Translations under genes and position numbers: made by a program
Assembly: GCA_002811645.1 (NCBI GenBank)
Contig: PDIP01000048.1
Span: forward strand, 62,001-126,000
Reading direction: 5' to 3'
Source: Corallochytrium limacisporum Hawaii
Taxonomy: Eukaryota; Protista; Pluriformea
DNA: 64,000 nt
The notes under the pieces: generated by a model
Seen by the model: only the letters and a program-made list of their open reading frames with translations
What the model was told of the DNA's origin: nothing
The model's database searches: none
In this document: piece after piece, positions 11,949 through 23,100 of the stretch
Numbering within the stretch: the stretch's first letter is position 1
Layout: each line of letters opens with the position of its first letter

Positions 11949-14294
11949 ATGGCAGCGACAAAGACATCGCCCAAGGCCAAGCAGAAAGCTAAGGCGGCAC
12001 CAAAGAAGGCAAGGGCGAGCAGTGGTGGTGGTGAGCCGACAGCCAAAAGGCCTCGCAAGTCTACCAAGGGGTCCAGTGCGAAATCCAACAAGAAGCTGGA
12101 ACAAAAGAGTCCTGCAGAGTTCTTTGCACAGAACCGTACCATCGCCGGCTTTGACAACCCGGGCAAGTCGCTATATACCACTGCTCGTGAGTTCATTGAG
12201 AATTCTTTAGATGCCTGCGAAGGCATTCGCGTGCTACCATCTATCCAAGTCAAGATTGAGGAGTACACTGCTGAGCAATTCAACAATCTGATCGGTCTCG
12301 AGGCTACCGCTCGCCAGCAGCACCATCTCTATGCGGACTCACAATCCAAGAAGAAAGGACGGAAGGGTGCCGCCAGCACAACGGGTTCTACGACGAACTT
12401 CGTGGAACCGGCCTCTGCAGTATCTTCTCAGACCGCCACGCAAGACGTCCCAATGCCTGAAGCCAACGGAGAGACGCAAGCCGCAGAGAAACCGAAACCG
12501 GTTACTGCGCACAAGGGACAGATGTTTTACAGTGTGGAGGTGACGGACAATGGAAGTGGTATGCATTATCAAGACATTCCAAATATGTTGGGTCGGGTGC
12601 TGAGCGGTACTAAATACGGTGTCGTACAGGCGCGCGGTCGCTTTGGTCTGGGCGCAAAGATGGCTTTAATTTGGGCCAAGATGAGCACCGGCCAGCCCAT
12701 CGAGGTCTACAGTACACGGAAGGAGGACGATTTCACCTCCCATTACAAGCTCGACATTGATATTTACAAGAACCAGCCGAACATTATCCTTGCCGAGAAG
12801 CTACCACGGCAGTCTGAAGATCAAAGAGGGACGACAATCAAAGTAATCATCGAGGGTAGCTGGACCACCTACCGCGCGCGCTTACTGGCTTACATGCGCC
12901 AGATTGCTGTCATTACTCCATACACGGACTTTACCTTCGAGTTCAACACAGAGGACTCAGCCAAAAATCTGCTGGTGCACTACAAGCGCCGGAGTGAGGA
13001 GATCCCTCGTCTGCCCACCGAGATCATGCATCACCCAAGTTCAGTGGACCTCATCACCCTGCAGAAACTCATTAGTGATGCCAAGGGATTGCATCTCAAG
13101 AAATTCCTCACGGATCGGCTCAGCTGTATCAATCGGGATCTGGCTGGTGCCATTATTCAGGAACTGGGTGATGAGTTTGACGAGAAGAAGGCCGTCTCCA
13201 GCCTCTCCGAGTTGCAGATCCAGACCATATTCAAGCTTTTCCGCGAGCTCAAGTTCCCGCCGCCAGATCAGAATTGTTTATCCCCGGTCGGTGAGTACAA
13301 CCTGCGTCTGGGTGTCATGAAGGAAATGACTCCAGAAATGGTAGCCACTTACCAGACAGGCGTCAGTGTCTACGACGGGCATCCATTCCAAGTGGAGGCT
13401 GCAGTATCCCTCGGTGGGCCCATGAAGGTTGGACTGAATGTTTTCCGTTTCGCGAATCGTATTCCTCTCCTTTTTGAAGCTGGTGGCGACGTCGTGACGC
13501 AGACAGTGCTCAACAAGATCAAGTGGCCCACTTACAAAATCCGGCCGACCCAAGACAAAGTTGGAATCTTTGTGTCGATTGTAAGCACTAAGATTCCATT
13601 CAAGGGCACCGGAAAGGAATACGTTGGTGATGACATTAAGGAAATCTCTTCAGAGGTCGCCAAAGCCATCAAGGAGTGTGCAGCACAGCTGAGGGTCAAG
13701 TTGGTAAAGAAGGCAGCCCTGGCCAGTCGACACGAGCGCAAAAATCTTATTGCCAAGTACATTCAACCCGCCGCGCAAAGCGTCTTCCGTGTCTTGGAGC
13801 GTGTAGCCAAAGATACAGAGCAAAATACTAGTCGTCCGTTGCCAGACATTGAACGCGTCAACGCAGTTGCAGTACCCGATCAGCCAGAGGACAGTAAGGA
13901 AGATGTAAAGCCAGCACTGAGCGGCATAAAAAAGGAAGAGGAGAAGTTTAGTGCCGGTCACATGCTTCTGCCCCTGAATGACATGATCTTAAAGACTACC
14001 AAGGGAGATATTGCGGCTGAAACACTGATCTACAAGCTGACACGGTATGTCGAGAAGAGCGATGCACTGCAAGCATTCGAGTTTGCGACACAAAAGAGTT
14101 CAACGAAGAGTACGCCTCAGGACTGGCATCTGGTACCAAAGCACAAGGTCTATCACTCGTATGGATTAGGGTTGAGCAATAGTGGTGGCACATTCTACGT
14201 CATGCGCAGTGCCATGCAGGGCTTTGGTAAGATGGAAGAGAATGGTGGCGATGACGCTGATACCAAGGACTTTGCACTGCCGAATTTGGCATGA
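11949..14294 (+). CDS. TOP6B: DNA topoisomerase VI subunit B (GHKL ATPase, H2TH and transducer domains)
   Basis: SPAEFF..N..IAGFDNPGKSLYTT.RE..ENSLDA, DNGSGM, RGRFGLGAKMAL, GTTIKV, RFANRIPLLF, WPTY, KIPFKGTGKEY. Confidence 0.96.
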   Translation: MAATKTSPKAKQKAKAAPKKARASSGGGEPTAKRPRKSTKGSSAKSNKKLEQKSPAEFFAQNRTIAGFDNPGKSLYTTAREFIENSLDACEGIRVLPSIQVKIEEYTAEQFNNLIGLEATARQQHHLYADSQSKKKGRKGAASTTGSTTNFVEPASAVSSQTATQDVPMPEANGETQAAEKPKPVTAHKGQMFYSVEVTDNGSGMHYQDIPNMLGRVLSGTKYGVVQARGRFGLGAKMALIWAKMSTGQPIEVYSTRKEDDFTSHYKLDIDIYKNQPNIILAEKLPRQSEDQRGTTIKVIIEGSWTTYRARLLAYMRQIAVITPYTDFTFEFNTEDSAKNLLVHYKRRSEEIPRLPTEIMHHPSSVDLITLQKLISDAKGLHLKKFLTDRLSCINRDLAGAIIQELGDEFDEKKAVSSLSELQIQTIFKLFRELKFPPPDQNCLSPVGEYNLRLGVMKEMTPEMVATYQTGVSVYDGHPFQVEAAVSLGGPMKVGLNVFRFANRIPLLFEAGGDVVTQTVLNKIKWPTYKIRPTQDKVGIFVSIVSTKIPFKGTGKEYVGDDIKEISSEVAKAIKECAAQLRVKLVKKAALASRHERKNLIAKYIQPAAQSVFRVLERVAKDTEQNTSRPLPDIERVNAVAVPDQPEDSKEDVKPALSGIKKEEEKFSAGHMLLPLNDMILKTTKGDIAAETLIYKLTRYVEKSDALQAFEFATQKSSTKSTPQDWHLVPKHKVYHSYGLGLSNSGGTFYVMRSAMQGFGKMEENGGDDADTKDFALPNLA

Positions 14295-14677
14295 ATAAAG
14301 TTATGACATATCCACAGTTCCCATCAAACTCCATGCGATGGCGGCTGATTTAGAGTCTAGCAAAGCAGCGGTCTCCGGTCCCCCCCCTGCTGTCTACACT
14401 TCAGCGCTGGCTGTCGTCGCCCACCTTTCGACCTTTGCCAGTTCCGCCTCCCCTCCCCGCTACCTAATCGGCGCGAAACAAACCGGGCGCGTGTGGAGAC
14501 ATTTTCACGACGCAGGTACCTCAACCGGTGCTACATTTCGGAACCTATGAGTATAGCTCGAATTACGTTGTTTAGAAAGTATTCTATCGGTTACGAACTA
14601 TCATGGTTATGATCTTCTTATAGCAAGGATGGGAATTGGGCTTTAGCTGCCTATAGACATACATATATACACAGAGG

Positions 14678-15730
14678 ATGAGGGTTAGTCAGATTCTGAG
14701 ACTGCTCACTCCAGTGGGGATCTTAATCATTGTTATTGGCTCTTTCACATTCTTCCGAGGACCACCGAAACTAGCACATGAGGAACTGATCTTTCAATAT
14801 GAGCAGAGAATTCGAGAATTCGAGGAGTCAGGACTGTACGAACGGCGGAACGGGACATTGGTCACCTTGATCAGAGGGGACACGAAAAGTGTTACCAAGC
14901 TCATTGGGACCCTGCAAAGCATACATGATCGCTTCAACCATCGGTACCACTACCCTATTGTGGTGTTCTACGAAGAAATCAGTGAAGGGGATTCCGTTCT
15001 TCTGACCAATTCATTCGAGTGGGAGGTGACGCTGGCCCGTGTTGAGTTCAGCATTCCATCGTTCATTGACATGAACAAAGTACCAGAGGCTATCTCCCAT
15101 GCGGGCGAGCCTGATCGATCATACGGAATTGGCTACAGGCACATGACCCGCTTCTTCGGCTTCCTCATGTACGAACATCCAGCCCTGCAGGGCTATGACT
15201 GGTACTGGCGGTTAGATTCCCACATTGACATCCTCTGCGACATTCCGTATGACCTCTTCGCCTTCATGCAGCGCCATGGACTAAAGTACGGCTATAACAT
15301 GATTGTACGGGAGTTCCCTATCTTCCTCGAAGGCCTTTTCGAGGCCACGCAGGACTACAAAGCCGACCGGAATGTTGAGTTTCAGTCTGGGCTCGACAAG
15401 TTTTTTGGCGGCAATGGGAAGACGTACAACACCTATCACTACTGGAATAATTTTGAGATCAGCTCCCTTGCGCTGTGGCGCAGTTCGGATTTCCAGGACT
15501 ATCTCAACTACATTGATCGCCTTGGCGGCGCATACTATAAACGCTGGGGTGATGCCATCACGCACACCATGGCTGTGTCAATGTTCCTAAAGGAGTCGGA
15601 GATCCACTATTTTGATGATATAGGCTATCAGCACAACGATCGCATCCACTGCCCGGTAAGCTGCAGTGATCCGTGCGAGCCAGTCTGCCTTGATTCAAGT
15701 GGTAAGCAGACGAACTGCATCCTGACATGA
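14678..15730 (+). CDS. Glycosyltransferase family 15 alpha-1,2-mannosyltransferase (Kre2/Ktr-like), type II membrane protein
   Basis: N-terminal signal anchor; RFNHRYHYP, GYRHMTRFF, YDWYWRLD, HYWNNFEI, GGAYYKRWGDA. Confidence 0.93.
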   Translation: MRVSQILRLLTPVGILIIVIGSFTFFRGPPKLAHEELIFQYEQRIREFEESGLYERRNGTLVTLIRGDTKSVTKLIGTLQSIHDRFNHRYHYPIVVFYEEISEGDSVLLTNSFEWEVTLARVEFSIPSFIDMNKVPEAISHAGEPDRSYGIGYRHMTRFFGFLMYEHPALQGYDWYWRLDSHIDILCDIPYDLFAFMQRHGLKYGYNMIVREFPIFLEGLFEATQDYKADRNVEFQSGLDKFFGGNGKTYNTYHYWNNFEISSLALWRSSDFQDYLNYIDRLGGAYYKRWGDAITHTMAVSMFLKESEIHYFDDIGYQHNDRIHCPVSCSDPCEPVCLDSSGKQTNCILT

Positions 15731-17321
15731 ATAAAGCGTTTCCCATCATCGCCTATAAGGATAGAAAACTCCCTTGGTTACATATGCTGGACTGAAGGCT
15801 TTGACCAGTCATCGCCATGGACGCCTGCGGACAGTGGGCCCGGAGACCCTTCTTGACAACCCCCTCCACCAATATGCGCGATTACATACGGCTGTCGCTA
15901 GACTCAGGAAGACACCCCCAACGGTGAACTTGTATGCATGGCACGCGCCTCGCTGATTGCCATGGTGGACCATGCAGCAGATGGTAATACTCTTGTGGAC
16001 TTGAAGTGCTGCTTACTCGACTCCGTACTTCCTTACCCAGAAGAGTGTAGATGTGCCATCTCCGCAGACCACATCGGCAAACAGATGGTACACGATTGCC
16101 TCACGGTGACACCTTTGGACCAGTGAATTGGAGTATATAGCCCCCTGTCGCTCCTTACACTCGAACGAGTTTTGTGTCTGATGCCTGCCGTTTGTGCCGC
16201 TGGCGTGGGAACTCGCTGTGCGGTCCCTTTACTACACTCTGCGGCCCACGGCGAGGGGAACTCCTGTCACTTTCTTTAAAAAATTGGGAGACCAGCACTG
16301 TATGGAATCACTGCATTGCGACAGAGCGCGATGAATCCCTCCTTCCCTCAGGTGGGGAGGCAAGTTTCCGGTACTCAATATACCGGCCATGCGGGCAAAA
16401 ATTGATCATGGCTTCGAAAAAGAATTGCTCCAGACACGCTTGGAACCCGCGACACAAACAACCAAAAGAACAGAAACTGCGGGACAGGCAGAGCAAGCTC
16501 CGGTGTGAGAAAACTCAACGGGATCGGATGGATTGATCCGTATGCATTCGACCATAGATGGGATGGAACGCGATCACGATCCCCGTCCCCCAACTTTTGC
16601 ACCAACCCACTTGATGATAGCCCACCGTGCTCGAGGATCCACACGGCACGGCAGGGTCGAAAACCTCGTCTTCCTTCTTTGCTGCGTGTGTCGGTATGCG
16701 GCAGGTGTAGTAGAGTTTTGGAAACGGTGACGTAGGTGGACGTTGTGTGAAGTGGGAGCTATATTCCTGCCCAGCACTGTTTTTGCTAAATGCGAAGCCA
16801 AGAGGTATTGCTGTTGCTGTCCGAATTGACCCCGCTGAAACCGTTCGTCGAGCCCGAACACCGAAGGCTCAAAGACAGCGCAGTTAAGAAATGGTTCTCA
16901 CAAGGTTTTGTCCGTTAAAAAAGGATCTTAGCGGGTCCCGCAGACGTAAGAGTTTTCCGTCTCCTCAGGCTTTGCTCACACAGTTGCCAGCAGGGCATTA
17001 ATGAGAGCCGGGAGGAGGCACTCAAAATACACTTCATGTTTGTTTGTTTCACTGGCTATCTGTGGAAGGCGGGGGTTCATCCTTCAACCTCCGCTCACAC
17101 TGTCACGTTTCCACACCAGATCGGGATCCAACTGGGAAGCGCCTGTGACCTTTCTTGTCACATAGCGGGTCCCAATGCGTACGGGCATATGTGTGTTTGT
17201 TTTGGTGGCGGTGTGCTGGTACCTAAGATCTTGGAACAAGTCAGCCCGTGTAGGTGACCCGTCTCCAGACAGTACACGAAGATAAAGAATATCGGGCGAT
17301 AGCACTGACACATTCTCGAAT

Positions 17322-18518
17322 ATGACGTGGTACGGCATCTTCTGGGACCCCAGTGCCCTTCTCAATGCCAACTTGAGCAATCTGCTGGGTTGGTCATCTG
17401 TGGCCTGCTGGTTCATTGTGGGCTTCCCGCAGTTTTACACGAACTACAAACTTAAGAGCGGTGATGGCCTCGCCATGTCGTTCCTGCTTATCTGGTTATT
17501 TGGTGATGCCTTCAACCTGGTCGGTTGCTACATAACAAATCAGTTGGTCAGTGAGATTGTCGTGGCGTGGTGGTACACCATCATGGATATCGTATTGATT
17601 GGTCAGATCATTTACTACGATCGGTACTATAAGCATACCTTGAAGGATCACGAGTATGACGCCTTGGAGGCTGCCGGAGAGGAACAAGATCGATTCCACA
17701 GCGAAACTACCCCTATCCTTAGTGGCAGCCGGCACGATGTGGCGGAAAGTAGTGTCACGTCCATAGTTGGATCCTTGGAGAAGAGCCGCAACAGTGCTTT
17801 TGATGGTATGAGCACCGCCCGCTCCTACCCTCGTCGTGAATTTGTTCGCCACATGAACGACCAGGAGGCTGAAGAAATTCGTACTTCCATCAGCCACCAG
17901 AACAGCACAGACAGACAGACCAGCCGCACTCGCCTGCCCACTCTGCCCGCTGTCCTGCTCATCGGTACCTTCGGTCTGCGCATGGTTATAGCTAACATGT
18001 ACTTTGGTAGCCTGGACAACAATGACATTTCGGGAACTTACAACGTGGCCGCCGGCGGCGCTGCAGCATACGTTGGTCGGTCACTGCTCGGTCTTGATGA
18101 TGGACTGCTGTCCATGGGTAAACACCATGGACACTCCGGTGAACCCACTTCTCCCATCCCGGACCCTGTTGTAGATAGTGATCTGTGTACTGCTGGCCCT
18201 GTTGCCTGCCAGGTGGGAATGGTCATGGGTTGGATCAGCTCCTTCCTGTACATTGTCAGCCGTTTCCCTCAAATCTACCAAAACTTCCAGCGCAAGAGCT
18301 GTGAAGGTGTCAGCATGATGATGTTTGTGTTCGCTGTGCTGGGTAACCTTACTTACGCTTCGTCCATCTTTGTGTTCCGCCATGACCACGCTTTCCTGGT
18401 CGAGAAAATGCCATGGATCGTAGGTGCTCTTGGGACTCTATTGCAGGACGCCATCGTCTTCAGTCAGTTCTTCATCTACGGTGAGGCGCCTAAGGAAGTC
18501 GAAGAGGAGAACATGTAA
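17322..18518 (+). CDS. PQ-loop lysosomal/vacuolar cationic amino-acid transporter (PQLC2/SLC66A1/Ypq-like)
   Basis: Two PQ-loop repeats (FPQFYTNYKLKSGDGL; RFPQIYQNFQRKSCEGVS), WLFGD, GNLTY, PWIVG; dileucine-type ETTPIL motif in the loop. Confidence 0.93.
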   Translation: MTWYGIFWDPSALLNANLSNLLGWSSVACWFIVGFPQFYTNYKLKSGDGLAMSFLLIWLFGDAFNLVGCYITNQLVSEIVVAWWYTIMDIVLIGQIIYYDRYYKHTLKDHEYDALEAAGEEQDRFHSETTPILSGSRHDVAESSVTSIVGSLEKSRNSAFDGMSTARSYPRREFVRHMNDQEAEEIRTSISHQNSTDRQTSRTRLPTLPAVLLIGTFGLRMVIANMYFGSLDNNDISGTYNVAAGGAAAYVGRSLLGLDDGLLSMGKHHGHSGEPTSPIPDPVVDSDLCTAGPVACQVGMVMGWISSFLYIVSRFPQIYQNFQRKSCEGVSMMMFVFAVLGNLTYASSIFVFRHDHAFLVEKMPWIVGALGTLLQDAIVFSQFFIYGEAPKEVEEENM

Positions 18519-18855
18519 AAAGGGTTCGCGGTAACAGGCCAAAATGACAGAGCCAGGAAGCATACGGTCCCGTAGAATCAGCACGCAAAAGACGGCAGTG
18601 CCGGAAACCTCATGAATAGCATACTGTGTTTACGTTCTCATATGGAGCATCCGTGGGATTCACTTTTAGAACTTTATATCGCACATACGTACCAATTCTA
18701 TTCACATGTTTGCTGCGTTAGAAGTATCCAAATATCATACCGATGAAAACTGGCCAGATACATGTAAATATTACAGAATACTTTGAAATGTATAATGAGG
18801 ATGCTCTATGAAGGAAACTGTGAATGAAAAATGGAAAGGAAGGCGAACCCAGAGG

Positions 18856-19338
18856 TCAGTGTTTAGGTCGCTTCGTTGCTGTCTGGCCGTCGGGAATGTC
18901 GTCAATGGCCCGCTTAAAGGCTCCGCGTAGCCCGATGTTGGTCTGTCCGTCGATACAGACGTGTGTGATAAAGTGCTTGTCGTCGACGTAGTCGTTTAGA
19001 TCGTCAGTATTTGTGTCCAGACACACCGACACCTTAGAACTAGGATAGATCTGAGATGGTTCTCGCATGACCCATGATGCATAGTTTGCAACGTCTCGCA
19101 CATCTCTAAGGCAAATAATTGATTCTTCCGCCTTCCGATCCGTGGCCGGAGTCACAATTACATAGCTGCGGGTCAGGTATCGTCTTGAGTTCCTCGAGTC
19201 TATGCTTCTGCGCGAGGAGTGGAAATGACAGTATGGGGCTCCACTCTTTTCCCGAAATAAAATATGCGTCGGTGAAGGTGTACTATAATCTCGCGAACCG
19301 TCCGAGTCTCTCCGGACTCTCTTCGCATTTGGCGGCAT
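18856..19338 (-). CDS. Hypothetical 160-aa protein with basic NLS-like ends
   Basis: ATG in ACC-ATG context at 19338 (the track start at 19344 is TTG); convergent with the PQ-loop gene; begins PPNAKRVRR and ends KRPKH. No family recognised. Confidence 0.5.
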   Translation of the reverse strand: MPPNAKRVRRDSDGSRDYSTPSPTHILFREKSGAPYCHFHSSRRSIDSRNSRRYLTRSYVIVTPATDRKAEESIICLRDVRDVANYASWVMREPSQIYPSSKVSVCLDTNTDDLNDYVDDKHFITHVCIDGQTNIGLRGAFKRAIDDIPDGQTATKRPKH

Positions 19339-20159
19339 GGTCAAGTATGTCTATATAAATATTTGAGTACCCTCTGTCAACTATTTCTTCACATTCTTGT
19401 CGTTGATTGTAAACTAATTTGCGAGTTTTTATTGGCGCTGCTATATACCTTGTCGGCAATAGTTTGAATTGTCGACAATCGTCCAAATCTTCACAGTGCG
19501 TTGGCGCCCCTTTAGCCCACCATGTTTCTTGCTTAATGGAAATATTAAGCACACGAACTATTTTATAGCCGAACACTAGGATTATTTGCAGCTTCCCGTT
19601 CTGTCACGTTGCTTGTGCATGTGTGCGTTATGCAGAACAAAAGGACACTGAGAACAAATGATGCGACGTTCAGCTATTTTCTTAAGTTTCTCCTTCCAAA
19701 CATTTTTTTTTTCGAGATTTCCGGGTCTATTGATCATGGGCGCGGGGCTAACCAACCAGCGCAGAAGAGAGCGAGAGAGAGAGCGAGAGAGAGGGTGGCC
19801 TGGCGCTGGAAAAAAAAAGGAAAGCGGGGGGGGGGGGGAGGGAGGGAAGAGATGAAGGAAGCGCGGAGGGCAGCGAGGAGGAGCCGAGGTGGGTCTCGGA
19901 ATCACTGGCTAGCCGCGGCTAAATAGAAAGTCATTGCAAGCGGTACGACACATAGGATTCACTGGCTATTCAAAGCTTCTCCTTTACCTCCTTTCAACCA
20001 CACGAACAGATGATAACATACTGGGAATTGTGATTTCAACGCACGCAATAGAGATTCCACTTTGGGATCACAAACCTTTCGGCAGTATGGCCACTGTATT
20101 GAGTTACATAGTGCAGTGGGTTCTTTAGTTCAATACTCCACTACAACACAAAGGCCATC

Positions 20160-23100
20160 ATGGACATATTTGATATCAGCCACAGCGCAATCTTCACATT
20201 ATGTGGAGGCGTTGGCTTCGTGAGCCTCCTCTATGCCCTGGAATTGCTACCAGGCTCCGGTGTCTGGGTGTCCAGCACTTGTCTTTTCATCGGATTCCTT
20301 GCTGCGGCATTACAAGCCGCGGAATCATCGGAAAAAGCTGCCACACGCGTACTCGATCGCCTGGGAGAGACTAATTTGAGCAGTCGTTACCTCAAGGACT
20401 CACCCGGTGCCCAGGGATCAGAGTACCGGCACCGGCTGAAGACAGAGTTCGCAGGGTCGCAGGCAGAAAACGGACAAGCGAGTGAGCGATTGTGCAGGCT
20501 GAAGGACTCCATGCCACTTCTCCATAAGGAATTGAACTGTATTATGGATCTTTTCATGCGGGATTGCGTCTGGTGGTGGTACCAGGACATATTTGAGTCA
20601 CCGGCCTTTCCGGATGCAACGCGGGACATGTTAATGGATAGCCTCGCCAAATTGGTAGAGCGAGATACCAATAGTGAAAATTCAGCAGATATTGCAGAAC
20701 TGGTCATCTTTCGATTGTGCCATGCGCTAGTGGTCCACTTGCGGGTTACGAAAGAAGCAAGGAATGCAGTACGGATGGGGAAGCTTGAAGACTTTCGGTC
20801 ATCGTTGCATCCGGCATGTGCCAGCCCACAGGCCGAATTGGAGCATGTGCGAAGGCTTAGTGCCACGATCTGTCGCTACGCTGTCCCACCAGGCGAACTG
20901 ACGGGAGCCATGGCCAGCACGATGCTGCCGGAGATTCTGGCCACCGGCATTATCATCCCTTCAGTTGCAAGCGTGTCCCAGCCGTACTTCATCCACTCAC
21001 AGATCGTCTCGTTCTTTTCGCCAAAGCGATACAAACAGATGGTTACAGAGCCCATGAAGTTCGAATTGAAGCAGCTAAGTTTTCTGCGTAAAGAAAGGAA
21101 GCGTAGCCTGGACAGTGCACAGCGACAGCGGAGTAGAAAGTCAGATCCCCTTACAGATAATGCGGACTCTGTTCTGACCGCGCGAGCAAAGCCATTGCAC
21201 TATTATTATGCACTCGTTCATATGGGACCTCATTTGATGAAAAGCAAGCGAGCACCCGTGGGCGAGGATGACCGCCTCACATTTGATCTTCGGGCTACAT
21301 TCCCCATCTTCCAAGAACATGGCATCAGCGAGCTGCGCATCGATCTATATCGCTACGATCCCATGAGTGTAGTCAAGATGGTAGGATACTGTGCTATTCC
21401 CCTGGGTGTCCTCCTAGAGGCGCGAGAGTCCACCAAGGCATATACGTTATCTGTGTCACAGCTGGATGAGACTGAGCTGTTGGTCGGAGCTGAGTGCACA
21501 GTGGAATCATTTACCGCAATGTTCAAGGGTACCTTTAAGAATATGATGACGGCAGAACATCACGGCGATCAGCTTAAGCATAGTGAAAGCGGGGAACACC
21601 TTGCAGTCGACGACGATGACGGCGACGACGGCGACGACGAAGAAGACCGAGAGACGAAGACTGCTACTGCTGCACTGCAGAACGCGAAGCCGGTCAAACT
21701 CACGATGGCACGGGTGCTGAACAACATCCAGGACAGTCTCGGACCATTCACTGAGTACCTGATGGAACGAGACGCCACCGCCGCGCTGCAGGGATGGATG
21801 AACATTCAGAGCTTCCGCTTGGCCTTCCCTGTCAAAGCAACGTCGGAAGACAGTGGCCTGGCCCAGGAGGCCCTGATGCAATGTGGCCGCATCATGGACC
21901 TGCACTTTAAAGAAGATTCTCCGCTACGGCTGCGCATTTCTCCTGACCTGCTACTCAAGCTGATCCAGGATAGGGATTCGAACAATGTCGCTTCTTTATG
22001 TACGACGATGCTGGAAATCCATCACGAGATCTTCAGTGCTCTGGAACGTTTGTACTTCCGCGACTTTCTGGAATCTGAGTACTACGCCGAGTATCACCGT
22101 CAGCGGAAGGAACGGTACCAGCGCCTTGTCACCGAGCATTCATCGTCAACTAAATCGTCACCACTTGGCAGTGCCAGCGGTGGCTCCACACCTCAGGATG
22201 ACCTAAAGGGCAGCAGAGACTTGACGGAACCGTCTCAGAGCGATGCCAAGGGGGAAAGCAAGCACCTCACCAAAAGGATCAGTGAGGACTCGGTGGGAAC
22301 AGTAGAACTTGAGAACGTTGACGACCTCGAGGACGAAATGCATGCGCCTGGCTCTGCGTCCATGAACGATCACTCCGCGATCGGTGCTGCTATGCAGATG
22401 CTGAAGGAAAAGCGAGCGATTGTCAACCAGCAGCTGGACCTTAAGCAAACCGCACACGACCGGCGCTTGCTCCTGAGAGAAAGCCAGCAACTACATGAGG
22501 AGATGCGGTCGCTTGAGGCCGTGGCACGCCTCAGCAACACACAATTTGTGTACAAGGTCCGAGTGCTCAACACACGCATGATACAATACCGTGGCCAGAT
22601 CACCACGTCGTTCCTTCTGGACGTCAGTCGTGTACTGACCAAAACCGGTGTGGTAGATGACAATTACCAAATCTGGCGGACATTCATTTCCTTCCAAGAC
22701 TTCCACCGCGTTATGAAAGGCATTTTTGCAAAGGTTGAGAAGATTCCCTTTCCACAACGTGGGCTTTTCCGTAAGCACTCTCCGGAGCGACTAAAGCAGA
22801 TCCAGAGCGACTTGGACAAGTATATGAACATGCTTCTCACAGATGAAATGCTGGCCCAGGCACGACCAGTGCAACTCTTCCTCGCGCCCGTTCGGCGCGC
22901 AGAGGCTCGGGGAACAGGTCCTCGGTCCCACAAGGAAAGCGCCGCTCACATGGCCAATGCTCAGGCCGAACGCTGGCGGGAAAGCGGCGAGCGCAGGTCT
23001 GCGGAGAATAGTCCGCGCCGAACGAACGAGCCGACATCGGCATCCTCACCTAGTTCTAGGGGCGCCTCGCCACGCGAACTAAAGCCACCGTTGAGCCCGC

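Noticed and set aside
15750-17300. Short ORFs between GT15 and the PQ-loop gene as a transposon or pseudogene remnant
   Set aside because: No recognisable domain, terminal repeat or target-site duplication in the frames I could read.
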